Assembly (NCBI GenBank): GCA_965279525.1
Contig: CBDIIB010000005.1
Span: forward strand, 1,120,001-1,184,000
Source: Tagaea sp.
GTDB taxonomy: Bacteria; Pseudomonadota; Alphaproteobacteria; CACIAM-22H2
DNA length: 64,000 bases
Reading direction: 5' to 3'
The notes under the pieces are model-generated. The model was not told the origin of the DNA and searched no databases. It saw nothing but the letters and a program-made list of their open reading frames with translations. Below, one piece after another: positions 22,427 through 32,983 of the stretch. The position numbers were made by a program, and so were the translations under genes. Each line of letters starts with the position of its first letter. Position 1 is the first letter of the stretch.

Positions 22427-23142
22427 GCCGTCATGCCCGGGCTTGACCTGGGCATTCAAGACTTTGAGAAAGCGCGAGGCCGCAATGCTTCGGCCCCGCC
22501 TACTTCTCAATTCTTCTGCACTATGCCGAAGCACTCGGATACGGCGCATCGGCACGCTCGTCTCTTCGCAAGCATTGTTTGATCTCGATAGCGGCATCCT
22601 TAAACATCGTCGGCATGAGTTGAAGCGTTGCCGTGAACTGACCTGACGACTTCACCAACAGTCTGGGAAAGCTGAGTCCAGTGAAACTCACTATACTGTT
22701 GACCGAATATGGGATCAGCACAGAGCCTTTGACGCGCCAACGTTGAGCTATGATCTGCATTCTTTAATGTTTTGGAAATCGATTGTGCGTCTAGCAATTT
22801 GTACTCGGCGAAGAGAATCAATCTCGTGCGACAGAGCTAAATCGACCATCGGCCTCAACCTTCGTAACGAGATACCTTTCCTTTAATCTCACCACCGCCC
22901 ACAAGCCAAGCATTCTGAAATCGGATGAGGCGATTAGCGCTGGTCCGCCACCTCAGTCACGCGACTGCCCATAAACTTATTGCAGTTTCTGCGCATAGTC
23001 ATTCAGATGGAAAATTTAGCTCTGACAATCAAAGGGCCGCTATCGCCTTGATGTTTTGCCAGTAATGAGACTGACTAATTGCATTGTTACACAAGCACTC
23101 AGGTTTGATCTCCCGCCCAGTCAATTTCCCGGGCATGACGGC
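22427..23142. repeat. Split REP-like element: 15-bp perfect inverted termini around an AT-rich insert of about 650 bp
   Basis: GCCGTCATGCCCGGG (22427-22441) and CCCGGGCATGACGGC (23128-23142); same family as the 19.4-kb element. Confidence 0.7.
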
Positions 23143-23266
23143 ACTATCGATGGCACTATAGTTCCAGAGATCGTGCCCATCCCCAGCAGACACGTCCCGA
23201 CCGCTTCCATGAACGGCTGAAAATGTTCTTCCTTCTTATGTCCTCCATGATGCGGCCCCTCCGCCC

Positions 23267-23715
23267 TCACCCCGGTATCTCCGGCTCCACCAGATGCGCA
23301 AGTTGGCTCCAGCGATTCCTGCCAGCCGAGGTAACACATCTCGGTGGGGATCGCTTCGGGGATGCCCTCCTGCACGGCGGTAAGGTCCGTGCCGCACAGC
23401 ACCGGCTTCAGCGTGATCGTGACGGTCATCTCGCCGGGCAGGTTGGGGTCGTCGAAGCGGTCGGTGTAGCGCAGGCGTTCGCCCGGCACGAGTTCGAGAT
23501 ACTCGCCGCCGAAGGAATGGCCGTTGCCGCTGGTGAAGTTGATGAACGTCATGCGGAAGCTGCCGCCGACCCGGGCATCGATCCGGTCGACCTTGCACAG
23601 GAAGCCGTAGGGCGGCAGCCAGCGCGCCAGCGCGTCGGCATCGAGGAACGCGCGATAGACCTTCGCAGGGCTTGGCGCGCAGCACGCGGTGGAGGCGGAC
23701 GGTTCCGGTCGGCAT
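23267..23715 (-). pseudogene. SRPBCC/AHSA1-family protein with two +1 frameshifts (possibly sequencing errors)
   Basis: MPTGTVRLHRVLRAKP / KVYRAFLDADALARWLPP...MCYLGWQESLE / QLAHLVEPEIPG* lie in three frames; extra C near 23669 and near 23306. Confidence 0.8.
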
Positions 23716-23728
23716 CCTGGAGCTCCCT

Positions 23729-25072
23729 TCAGTTCGTCGGCGCTTCGAACGTCTCGGGTGCGGGTGCCAGCAGCCGTGCCCCTTCGCGCCGCACTTCGAG
23801 CACGGCAAAGCCGCGTTCGACGATTCCACCGGGGTTGAGACGGAAGATGCCGTCCACGCCGGCGAAGCCGGAATTGGCGGTCAGCGTTTCGAGCGAGAAA
23901 TCCGCCCCGGCCGGGCCCTTGCCGTGCGCCAGGATCGCGGCGAGTGCCACGCCGTCATAGGCAAGGCTCGCCACGCGCGGAGCCGGGCGGCCGAAGGCAC
24001 CGCGATAGCGGTCCTCGAACACGAGGCGCGCGGGCTGTGCGGTGTTGGCGAACCAGGCGCCCTGCAGCGAGGATTCGCGCAGCGTGCGCGGATCGTCCCA
24101 CAGCGGGATCCCCAGATACTTGACGCGCGCGGGGTCGATCTCGTGCCCGTGCAGCTGGGCCACGACCTGGATGAGCCGGTCGCCGAAATCGGGCAGCAGG
24201 ACCGCTTCGAAATCGAGATCGGGCGGCGGCGGGCCCACTTCGCCGCGCGCCAGGCGCGGCGGCGGGCCGGCAAGCTGGCCGAGCCGGCGCACGGCGGGCG
24301 CGAAATCCAGCGCGCTCGCGTCGTAGCGTTCGATGCGCACGAGCTCGCCGCCCGTCGCCGCCAGCGACGTGCGCAAGCGAACGTTCGGCCGCACTCCCCA
24401 GCGCGTTGTTGGGCAGCAACGCGGCGAACCGTTCGAGGCCGCGCGCGCGCGCATATTCGATCGTGCGCGAAATCGCGTCCTGCGGGGCGATGCCAAGCGT
24501 GAACACGCCGGGGGCCGCGACCGCGCGGTCATTGGAAAGGCTGAGAAGGGCGATGCCCGCCGCGCGCGCCGCCGGTGCGACGGCCGCCGTCTCGGCCCCC
24601 AGCAGCGGACCGATGACGAGGCGCGCTTCCTGCGCCAGTGCCCATTCGAACGCGGCCAGCGCCCCTTGCGGCGTGCCGGCGGTGTCGCGCACGAGCAGCA
24701 CGAAATCCTCGTCGGCGACGTCGAACACGGCCTGCGTGGCCGCATCGAGCAGGGCGGCACCCACTGCCGCGTTGGGTCCCGTCAGCGGCAGCAGCAATGC
24801 GACGCGCGGCGCGCCGGTGCGTGCCAGGCGCGCGGCCTCGGCGGCGGCGGCCGGATCGATTGCGGTCGCGACCGGCGATTGTGCGGCGGGCGGTGGTTCC
24901 AGCTGTTCGGATTGCGCGTGGCGGGGTCGCGGCGGGCGGTGGCGGCGTCGGCAGCCGGCTGGCCCTGACCGAAAATGCCCGTTACCCTCTCCTTGAGCGC
25001 GCCGGAATTCTCGCATCCGCCCAGCAACAGGGCGGCGGCGGCGGCGACAATGAAAAGCGGAACGGAACGCAC
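23729..25072 (-). pseudogene. Penicillin-binding protein activator (LpoA/LppC-like lipoprotein) with two frameshifts (possibly sequencing errors)
   Basis: Lipobox LLLGGC; VALLLPLTG..GAALLDAA; IGPLLG; LAYDGV; GFAGVDGIFRL; frame changes near 24920 and 24375. Confidence 0.8.
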
Positions 25073-25136
25073 GATGACGGCTCCCGAAATGATGGGCCCT
25101 GACGACGACGCGGACGATGCGTTCGAACCTAGCGAG

Positions 25137-26009
25137 ATGGCCGCAGACAATCCAGCGCCCATCGCGATGGCACCCGGTCTCTATCTCGTCGGCACGCCGA
25201 TCGGCAATCTGGGCGACGTGTCGGCGCGCATGCGACTTGTTCTCGCCGCCGCATCGGTCATCGCGGCGGAAGACACGCGCGTCGCCCGCCGGCTGCTGTC
25301 GGCTCTTGCCATCCCGGCGCCCAAGCTCGTGCGCTGCGACGAGCGTGCGAGCAATGCGATGGGCGCCAAACTCGCCGACGCGGCGCGGACACGCGTCGTC
25401 GCGTTCGTGTCGGATGCCGGCATGCCGGGCATTGCCGATCCGGGAGCGGCCCTCGTGCGCGCGGCCGAAGCGGCGGGCGTGCCGGTCACCATCGTGCCCG
25501 GCCCGTCGGCCATCGCGACGGCAGTGGCGTTGTCGGGCCTGCCGGCCGAGCCGTTCCTGTTCCTCGGATTCCTGCCGCCGAAGACCGGCCCGCGCGCGCG
25601 AAGGCTGGCCGAGTTCCGCGACGTGAAGGCGACGCTGGTGGCGTTCGAAGCCCCGCACCGCACGGCCGAAACGCTGGCGGCGATGGCCGAGGTGCTGGGC
25701 GACCGGCCGGCCTGCGTGTTGCGCGAGCTCACCAAGCGGCACGAGGAACGGCGCGCGGGCTCGCTCGCCACGCTTGCCGCGCACTATGCGGCACACGAGA
25801 CACTGGGCGAGGTCGTGCTCGTCGTCGGTCCGCCGGGCGAAACCACACAAGGCGAACCCGATCCGGCGCTGCTCGACGCGAAGATCCGCGAAGCGCTCGC
25901 CACGCTGGGCGTGCGCGATGCCGCCGACCGCATCGCCGCGGCGACCGGCCTGCCGCGCCGGCAGGTCTATGCGCGCGCCCTCGAACTTTCGGGCAAATCG
26001 AAACGATGA
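25137..26009 (+). CDS. rsmI: 16S rRNA (C1402-2'-O)-methyltransferase
   Basis: LYLVGTPIGNLGD, AAEDTR, VSDAGMPGIADPG, RELTK.HEE; start uncertain (25074-25167). Confidence 0.95.
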   Translation: MAADNPAPIAMAPGLYLVGTPIGNLGDVSARMRLVLAAASVIAAEDTRVARRLLSALAIPAPKLVRCDERASNAMGAKLADAARTRVVAFVSDAGMPGIADPGAALVRAAEAAGVPVTIVPGPSAIATAVALSGLPAEPFLFLGFLPPKTGPRARRLAEFRDVKATLVAFEAPHRTAETLAAMAEVLGDRPACVLRELTKRHEERRAGSLATLAAHYAAHETLGEVVLVVGPPGETTQGEPDPALLDAKIREALATLGVRDAADRIAAATGLPRRQVYARALELSGKSKR

Positions 26010-26386
26010 AGTCGGCCCGGCACGTCGCCGCCGCGCGGCGCGGCCGGCTGGCCGAGACGCTGGCGGCGTGGCGGCTGCGCCTGGCCGGCTGGCGGATCGT
26101 GGCGCGCGACCTGCGCCTGCCGGCGGGGCAGGTCGATCTCGTGGCCCGGCGCGGGCGCACGCTCGCCTTCGTCGAGGTGAAGGCGCGGAACAATGCCGAC
26201 GATGCGGCCGAATCGCTACACCCTGCCCAATGCGCGCGCATCGAACGCGCGGCAGAACAGTATCTTGCCGCGCGCCCTCAATTCGCCGCATTCGAGATTA
26301 GATTCGACCTGGTGCTGGTGGCCCCCGGAAGCTGGCCCCGGCACGTGAAAGATGCTTGGCGCGACTCGCGCCGGCACCCTAAATAA
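26006..26386 (+). CDS. yraN: YraN-family protein
   Basis: GRLAE, GQVDLVA, FVEVKAR, RFDLV. Confidence 0.9.
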   Translation: MKSARHVAAARRGRLAETLAAWRLRLAGWRIVARDLRLPAGQVDLVARRGRTLAFVEVKARNNADDAAESLHPAQCARIERAAEQYLAARPQFAAFEIRFDLVLVAPGSWPRHVKDAWRDSRRHPK

Positions 26387-26420
26387 AGGGGAATCCCTAA
26401 ATGAAAAAGGCTCAGGGAGC

Positions 26421-27080
26421 ATGCACATGACAGCACGGACCCGATTCCATCGTCGCGTTCTGGCGGCCGGCCTCGTGGCGGGCGGCTTGATGCTGCAGGG
26501 CTGCGTGGGTGCGGCCGTGGGGGCCGGTGCCGCCGTCGGCGGGGCCGCCATGCAGGACCGCGGCGTGCGCGGTGCGGTCACCGACAACGGCATCGCGCTC
26601 GAGATCAACCACTACTGGTTCCAGGAGCGCTCCAACACCGAGATCTTCTCGTCGATCTCCACGCAGATCTACGAAGGCCGCGTGCTGCTGACCGGGGCCG
26701 TGACGAATCCCGACACGCGCGCCGAGGCCGTGCGCCTGGCGTGGAAGGCCAGCGGCATCCGCGAGATCATCAACGAGATCGAAGTGACCGACGCCGGCGG
26801 CGTCAAGGCCTATGCCAAGGACGTGTGGTCGGCCAACGAGCTGCGCTCGCGCCTGCTGTTCGCCAAGGGCATCAATTCGGCCAACTACACGGTCGAGGTC
26901 GTCAACGGCACGGTCTATATCCTCGGCGTGTGGGCCGACCAGGCCGAGCTCGACCGCGTGCTCAGCGTGGCACGCAACCTTGCCAATGTCCGGCGCGTGG
27001 TCAGCCACGCGATCGCCCGCGACGATCCGCGCCGCTTTCGCGCACCCCCCGGCGCCGACGCAGGCCCCGCCGCGTCGTGA
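26421..27080 (+). CDS. Dual BON-domain lipoprotein (YraP/DolP-like)
   Basis: Lipobox LQGC, EGRVLLTG, NGTVYILG. Confidence 0.88.
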   Translation: MHMTARTRFHRRVLAAGLVAGGLMLQGCVGAAVGAGAAVGGAAMQDRGVRGAVTDNGIALEINHYWFQERSNTEIFSSISTQIYEGRVLLTGAVTNPDTRAEAVRLAWKASGIREIINEIEVTDAGGVKAYAKDVWSANELRSRLLFAKGINSANYTVEVVNGTVYILGVWADQAELDRVLSVARNLANVRRVVSHAIARDDPRRFRAPPGADAGPAAS

Positions 27081-27934
27081 ACCCGCCCTATCGCCTGGTC
27101 GCCGGTGCGCCGGCCGAGGCCGAGCGCACGCTGGTGCATGCGGCGCGCGCGGGCGAGCAGGACATCGCGCTCGCCGACACGGCCCTTGCCCTTTCGGCCG
27201 CCGCCCGCCCGCAGCTCGACCTTGCCCCCTATCGCGCGCACCTCTCCGAGATCGCCACGTGCGTGGCGGCCGAAGCGCAGGGGCGGCCCGACAATCTCGC
27301 CGCGCGCGTGGCGGCGTTGCGCGAAGCGCTGGTCGAGCGGCTGGGCTATCGCGGCGACCGCGATTCCTACGACGACCTGCGCAATGCCGACCTTGCCGGC
27401 GTGATCGACCGGCGGCGCGGCCTGCCGGTCGCGCTCGCGATCCTGTGGATCCATGCCGCGCGTGCACAAGGCTGGGCGGCATCGGGCCTCGCGTTCCCGG
27501 CGCATTTCCTGATCCGCGTCGACGGGCCGGACGGGCGCGCGATCCTCGATCCGTTCAACGGCGGGGCGACGCTGGAAACCAAGGCGCTGCGCGGCCTGCT
27601 CAAACGCCTCGAAGGGCCGGACGCCGAGCTGCAGAACCACCATTACGCGAGCGTGCCCGACCGCACGGTGCTGCTGCGCCTGCAGAACAACATCAAGATG
27701 CGCCTGATGAAAGCCGAGGATTTCCGCGGCGTGCTGGCCACGCTCGAGCGCATGCTGATGCTCGCCCCCGCCGATCCGGCCCTGTGGCACGAGGCCGGCT
27801 TCGTGCATGTCGGACTCGACAATCTGCGCGCCGGCGTGATGTGTTTGGAGCAGGCTCACGCCCTTGTCGGGGCCACCGGTGCGAAGGACCGCATCGCGAT
27901 GGAGATCCAGGCGCTCAAGAGCCGCCTGAACTGA
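27077..27934 (+). CDS. SirB1/transglutaminase-like TPR protein
   Basis: [42 protein letters not shown]. Confidence 0.88.
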   Translation: MNPPYRLVAGAPAEAERTLVHAARAGEQDIALADTALALSAAARPQLDLAPYRAHLSEIATCVAAEAQGRPDNLAARVAALREALVERLGYRGDRDSYDDLRNADLAGVIDRRRGLPVALAILWIHAARAQGWAASGLAFPAHFLIRVDGPDGRAILDPFNGGATLETKALRGLLKRLEGPDAELQNHHYASVPDRTVLLRLQNNIKMRLMKAEDFRGVLATLERMLMLAPADPALWHEAGFVHVGLDNLRAGVMCLEQAHALVGATGAKDRIAMEIQALKSRLN

Positions 27935-27947
27935 AGGAACAGCTTAC

Positions 27948-28889
27948 ATGTCGCGCGTGTGTGCCGTGCAGATGGACCCGATGGGTCCGATCAACATCGA
28001 CGGGGATTCGAGCTTCGCACTGATGCTGGAAGCGCAGGCGCGCGGCTACACGCTCTACCATTATCTCGTGCGCCACCTTTCCATGCGCGGCAAGGAGAAG
28101 ATCTACGCGAAGGCGCATCCGGTGACCGTGCGCCGCGAGAAGGGCAACCATTTCACGTTCGGCGCCCCCGAGACGATCGACCTTGCCAAGGTCGACGTGA
28201 TCCTGATGCGCCAGGACCCGCCCTTCGACATGGCGTACATCACCGCCACGCACATCCTGGAGCACATCCATCCCAAGACGCTGGTCGTCAACGACCCGGC
28301 GCATGTGCGCAATTCGCCGGAAAAGCTGTTCGTCACGCATTTCCCGCACTTGATGCCGCCTACGCTGGTGACGTCGGACACCGCCGAGATCCTCGAGTTC
28401 CGGAAAGAGTTCAAGGACATCATCGTCAAGCCGCTGTTCGGCAACGGCGGGGCCGGCGTCTTCCGCGTCAAGCCCGACGACGAGAACCTGACGGCGCTGA
28501 TCGAGATGTTCACGCACGCCAGCCGCGAACCCTTGATGATCCAGCGCTACGAACCCGCCGTGCGCCAGGGCGACAAGCGCATCATCCTGGTCGACGGCAA
28601 GGCGGAAGGGGCCATCAACCGCGTGCCCGCCGCCGGCGAGGCGCGCGCCAACATGCATGTCGGCGGCACGGCCGTGAAGACGGCGCTGACGAAGCGCGAG
28701 ATGGAAATCTGCGAGACGATCGGGCCGGAGCTGAAGAAGCGCGGCCAGATCTTCGTCGGCATCGACGTGATCGGCGAGTATCTCACCGAGATCAACGTCA
28801 CCTCGCCCACCGGCATCCAGGAAGTGAAACGCTTCGACGGCACCGACCTCGCCGCGTCGATCTGGAACGCGATCGAAGCGAAGCTCTAG
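27948..28889 (+). CDS. gshB: Glutathione synthetase
   Basis: [34 protein letters not shown]. Confidence 0.98.
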   Translation: MSRVCAVQMDPMGPINIDGDSSFALMLEAQARGYTLYHYLVRHLSMRGKEKIYAKAHPVTVRREKGNHFTFGAPETIDLAKVDVILMRQDPPFDMAYITATHILEHIHPKTLVVNDPAHVRNSPEKLFVTHFPHLMPPTLVTSDTAEILEFRKEFKDIIVKPLFGNGGAGVFRVKPDDENLTALIEMFTHASREPLMIQRYEPAVRQGDKRIILVDGKAEGAINRVPAAGEARANMHVGGTAVKTALTKREMEICETIGPELKKRGQIFVGIDVIGEYLTEINVTSPTGIQEVKRFDGTDLAASIWNAIEAKL

Positions 28890-30001
28890 GGGCAGGCCGC
28901 CTTCAGCGCGCGCCAGTCCGGCCCGTCGATCTCCCATTTCGGCCGGGTCGAAGCCGGTGCCGCCGCGGCCGCCGCCATGCGCTCGGCCGTCGGCGGATGC
29001 GTCGACAGGTGCGCAAGCAGCCCCGACGTCGGGATGCCGGCGGCTTTTTCCATCCGCACGAGGATCGCGCCGAGCGGTGCCGACGGCACGCCCAGGCCGG
29101 CGAGAAGCTCGAACGCGCGCGCGTCGGTCGCGGTCTCCACTTCGCGGCTGTAGCTGATGCCGATATAGAGCGTGGCGAACGCGGCGGCCGACGAGAAGAA
29201 GATCGGATCCCCGAAGACAAGGCCGACGATGGCACCGGTCGCCACGCTGCGGATCATGCCGCGCATCGGGTCGCGCCGCTCGGCGTGCGCCACTTCGTGC
29301 GCGAGCACGCCGATCAGTTCTTCGGGTGACTGCGCGAGTTCGAGCAGGCCGCGCAGGATGACGATCTGGCCGCCCGGACCCGTGAACGCGTTGATGACCG
29401 GCGAGTCGACGATGCGGATGGTCAACCGCCCGCCAAGGTCCGCCCGGTCCTCGAGGCGTCGCGCGATCTCGGCCAGCAGCGGGGGCGGCGAATTCCCGGC
29501 GCAGAACGGCTTCTTGCGGTCGCGCGCGATCGAGCCGGCGAGTGCGTCGACCACCTCGGCGCCGAAGCGCCGCTCGAAATCCGCCGGGATCAGCGCGACC
29601 AGCCGCTCGGCCGCCAGCGGAATCGCGACGAACAGCACGAACAGGATGCTGGCGACGGCGCCGCCGGTCCACAGCGCGACCTGGCGGGCGACCGGCCAGT
29701 CGATCCGCCCGAGCCAGCCCCGCCGCGGCGTGGCGGCTTCGAGTGCCGCGACGAGCGACGGATCGGCGAACAGGATGCGCGCCGACGTGTCCGGATCGGG
29801 CGCCAGCACGCCGGGCAGCGCGCCGTCGGGCGTTTCAAGCACGCGCACTTCAATAAGGGGCCAGTACACTGTGCCGGTGTCGGTACCGGAAAGCTCGAGC
29901 CGGCCCCCGGCGATCCGCGCGCGCGCTTCGTGCGGGGCCGCGCGCACGCCGTCCAGATAGCGGACCGGCCAGTCCTCGGAGGGTTCAGGCGATGCCGACA
30001 T
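28886..30001 (-). CDS. M48-family metallopeptidase
   Basis: [15 protein letters not shown] (HExxH), YSREVE..D, STHP. Confidence 0.9.
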   Translation of the reverse strand: MSASPEPSEDWPVRYLDGVRAAPHEARARIAGGRLELSGTDTGTVYWPLIEVRVLETPDGALPGVLAPDPDTSARILFADPSLVAALEAATPRRGWLGRIDWPVARQVALWTGGAVASILFVLFVAIPLAAERLVALIPADFERRFGAEVVDALAGSIARDRKKPFCAGNSPPPLLAEIARRLEDRADLGGRLTIRIVDSPVINAFTGPGGQIVILRGLLELAQSPEELIGVLAHEVAHAERRDPMRGMIRSVATGAIVGLVFGDPIFFSSAAAFATLYIGISYSREVETATDARAFELLAGLGVPSAPLGAILVRMEKAAGIPTSGLLAHLSTHPPTAERMAAAAAAPASTRPKWEIDGPDWRALKAACP

Positions 30002-31208
30002 CGAACGAATCGGCGAGGCCCTCGCCGCGCGTGAGGTTGTCTTGCGCGCCGGCGGCGACCGCATCGAGCGCCCCGGCATTCTCGACGGCCAGCGTCGAGA
30101 TGAAATGGCGGATGATCGACGGTTCGATCCAGGCGCCCCGGATGACGGCGGCGCACAGGTAGAGCACGAAATAGACAATCGCGACCGCGCCGAAAATCAA
30201 TAAGGTGAGAATATCTCCATCTCTCGGGAACTGCGTGTTGCCGACTATCAGATATGTGGCATAGAGCAGCCCGACGATGATCGCCGCGCAGGCCAGCAGG
30301 ACGGCCACGATCCCGAGAGCGATGCGCCCGCCGACCGCCAAAGGACGGGCGCGCGAGGCGAAGCGGACATCACCGAGCCCCAGTCCGCCCGCCACGACCC
30401 GGAATTCGGCGACACGGTATGCGAGGTAGCCACAAATGATCGTCGCGACGGCCACCGCCAGTGGCCACCAGACGATCTCTGCCGCCGCTGCAGCCCGCTG
30501 CTGGGCGTCGAAAAGTCGTGAAATTTGGTCGCTGTACGCGCCGGCGTAGCCGAGGCAGGCGAGATATCCCAGCCAGACGACCGCCCAGCGCACATACAGG
30601 GGCATCATCTCGTCGATTTCGCAGGTGAACCGGCGGTTCCCGAAGCTCGTCATCGACATGAGCCGCTTGCGAAGCAGAATTCGGTACATGGGGTACATTA
30701 TGAAGCCTGTCCCGATCATCCAACCGAGCGCCTGAGCGATCGTCGACAGGTAGCTCCGGAATGTCCCGTCGAAGCCGAACCGGATGCCGCGCCAGGCGGT
30801 CCGCGAGACGCGGTATTTCCAGGCATAGAACTGCGCGGTCATTGCCAGGAAGCCGAGGACCGGGACCGTCAGGTAACTCGAGTGCGCTCCCAGGAACTCG
30901 CCGAAGACATTGACGCCGATCAGCACCGGCGCCACGACTGCCATTGCCACGAGGAATCCCTTGAACAGTTCGAAGCCGGTGCCGTGATATTCGAGCGGAT
31001 CGCCGCGCAGCAGGATGCTTCCCCAGATCTGCCGGCGCCAGCGCGTGCGCGCCCAGAAGCGGTAGAAATACAGTGTCAGGACATTCAGCAGCGTCGCGAC
31101 GACGACGAGCCGGAAGAGTCCGGCTCGCGGCACGTAGCGTAGCGCAGGTTCGACGGCGGCGGGGTCGGACACGACAGCGTCATCGGGCGGCATACAAAAC
31201 TCGTCCAT
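29985..31208 (-). CDS. YjgN/DUF898-family membrane protein
   Basis: LNVLTLYFYRFWARTRWR, LEYHGTGFELFKGF, SRTAWRGIRFGF, C-terminal [11 protein letters not shown]. Confidence 0.88.
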   Translation of the reverse strand: MDEFCMPPDDAVVSDPAAVEPALRYVPRAGLFRLVVVATLLNVLTLYFYRFWARTRWRRQIWGSILLRGDPLEYHGTGFELFKGFLVAMAVVAPVLIGVNVFGEFLGAHSSYLTVPVLGFLAMTAQFYAWKYRVSRTAWRGIRFGFDGTFRSYLSTIAQALGWMIGTGFIMYPMYRILLRKRLMSMTSFGNRRFTCEIDEMMPLYVRWAVVWLGYLACLGYAGAYSDQISRLFDAQQRAAAAAEIVWWPLAVAVATIICGYLAYRVAEFRVVAGGLGLGDVRFASRARPLAVGGRIALGIVAVLLACAAIIVGLLYATYLIVGNTQFPRDGDILTLLIFGAVAIVYFVLYLCAAVIRGAWIEPSIIRHFISTLAVENAGALDAVAAGAQDNLTRGEGLADSFDVGIA

Positions 31209-31265
31209 TGCGTGTACGGGATCGTGCGTACTTATCGAAGATTGATTGGAAATTGAAGCAGGATT

Positions 31266-32009
31266 TCAGGCAAGCCCGCGCGCCATCAGATAGAGCCCCA
31301 GCGCCAGCAGCCCGATCAGGAACCAGCGGCGGAAGCCTTCGGCTGGCAGCTTGTGGCGCAAGGCCGTGCCGAGCCACATCCCGCCGAGGGCCGGCAGCAG
31401 CGCTGCGGCCGAACCGATGACGTTCGCGGTGTCGAACACGCCGTCGTTGGCAAGCCCGAGCCCCAGCGCCACGGTCGAGACGAGGAACGACAGGCCGAGC
31501 GCCTGGATGAGGTCTTCCTTCGCAAGCCCGAGCGACTGGAGATAGGGCACGGCCGGCAGCACGAAGATGCCGGTCGCCGCCGTGACGAGACCGGTCGCGA
31601 GGCCGACGGGCGCACCCAGCCATTTCTCCAGATGCGGCGGCACATGGAAGCGGAACGCCGTCAGGCTTAGCGCCGCATAGGCCGCCACGCACAGGCCGAG
31701 TGCCACGCGTGCCGCCAGCGCGTTCTCGCCGGCAAGCCAGCCGCCGCCAAGTGCCACGCCCACGCACACCGCCGCCATCATCGGCCACAGCCGCGCGATC
31801 AGTGCGCGGAAATCGGGGCCCGCCCAGAGCTGCCACACGTTGGTCACCAGCGACGGCACGACAAGCAACGCCGCCGACTGCGCCGGGGCAAGGGCGAGGC
31901 TCAACAGCCCCATCGAGATCGTCGGCAGGCCGAGGCCCACCACGCCCTTGACGAATCCGGCAAGCGCGAAGGCGCCGAGAACGAGGAGGATCAGGGAAAG
32001 GTCGGGCAT
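31266..32009 (-). CDS. TauE/SafE-family sulfite exporter
   Basis: AGFVKGVVGLGLP, PSLVTNVWQ; multi-TM. Confidence 0.88.
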   Translation of the reverse strand: MPDLSLILLVLGAFALAGFVKGVVGLGLPTISMGLLSLALAPAQSAALLVVPSLVTNVWQLWAGPDFRALIARLWPMMAAVCVGVALGGGWLAGENALAARVALGLCVAAYAALSLTAFRFHVPPHLEKWLGAPVGLATGLVTAATGIFVLPAVPYLQSLGLAKEDLIQALGLSFLVSTVALGLGLANDGVFDTANVIGSAAALLPALGGMWLGTALRHKLPAEGFRRWFLIGLLALGLYLMARGLA

Positions 32010-32101
32010 GGGCGCGACATTGCCCGCCGCCGCGCAATCGGACAATCTGGAAGTTGCGAACCGAGCCTTCGGCCAGACCGAAGGCACGAGGGAGGACCCG
32101 G

Positions 32102-32983
32102 ATGCGCTTCGATCTTGCCGACCTGCGCCTGTTCGTCGCGGTTGCCGACGCGGGCTCGATCACGTTGGGGGCGAAGCGCGCGGGCCTCGCGCTCGCATCG
32201 GCCAGTGCACGCATCGCGGCAATGGAAGCCGACGCGAAGGTGGCGCTGCTGACGCGCGGCCGGCGCGGGATCGCCCCCACCGACGCGGGCCTTGCCCTGC
32301 TCCACCATGCGCGCGGCGTGCTCGACCGGATGGAAGCCTTGCGCGCCGCGGTCGGCGAGCATGCCGGCGGTCTCAACGCGCGCGTGCGGCTGGCCTGCAA
32401 CACCGCGGCCTTGACCGAGTTCCTGCCCGAGGTGCTGGCACGCTTCCTTGCCACGCACCCGCGCATCGATGTCGCCATCGAGGAAGCTGCCAGCTACGCG
32501 ATCCCGACGATGGTGGCGCAAGGCATCGTCGATCTCGGGATCGCGGCCGACTCGGTCGATCTCGGCAGCTTGCAGAGGCACCCCTTCCGCATCGACCGCC
32601 TCGTCGCGGTCGTTCCGGCAGCCGACCGGCTCGCGCGCCGCAGGAAGCCAATGTTCGCCGACGTGGCGGCACGGCCCTTCGTGGCGCTCGCGACCGACGC
32701 GGCGCTGAGCACCTATATCGGCCAGTACGTCGCGCGGGGCGGCCACACGCCGCGCTACCGCGCGCGCGTGCGCGATTTCGACGCCGTGTGCCGGCTGGCA
32801 GGTGCGGGCGTTGGCGTGGGCATCGTGCCGGTCACCGCCGCGCGCCGCTGCCAGCGCGCCGCGCGCATCGCCATCGTGGAACTGGGCGACGCCTGGATGG
32901 TCCGCCACCTGACCCTATGCGCGCGCGACTTCGCCGGCCTGCCGGCGGCGGCAAGGGCGCTGGCGGATGCGCTTACGCGTTGA
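32102..32983 (+). CDS. LysR-family regulator
   Basis: MRFDLADLRLFVAVADAGSIT..ALASASARI. Confidence 0.93.
   Translation: MRFDLADLRLFVAVADAGSITLGAKRAGLALASASARIAAMEADAKVALLTRGRRGIAPTDAGLALLHHARGVLDRMEALRAAVGEHAGGLNARVRLACNTAALTEFLPEVLARFLATHPRIDVAIEEAASYAIPTMVAQGIVDLGIAADSVDLGSLQRHPFRIDRLVAVVPAADRLARRRKPMFADVAARPFVALATDAALSTYIGQYVARGGHTPRYRARVRDFDAVCRLAGAGVGVGIVPVTAARRCQRAARIAIVELGDAWMVRHLTLCARDFAGLPAAARALADALTR

Noticed and set aside
26377-26402. CCCTAAAT direct repeat upstream of the BON gene
   Set aside because: Only two 8-bp copies; cannot be separated from chance without comparative data
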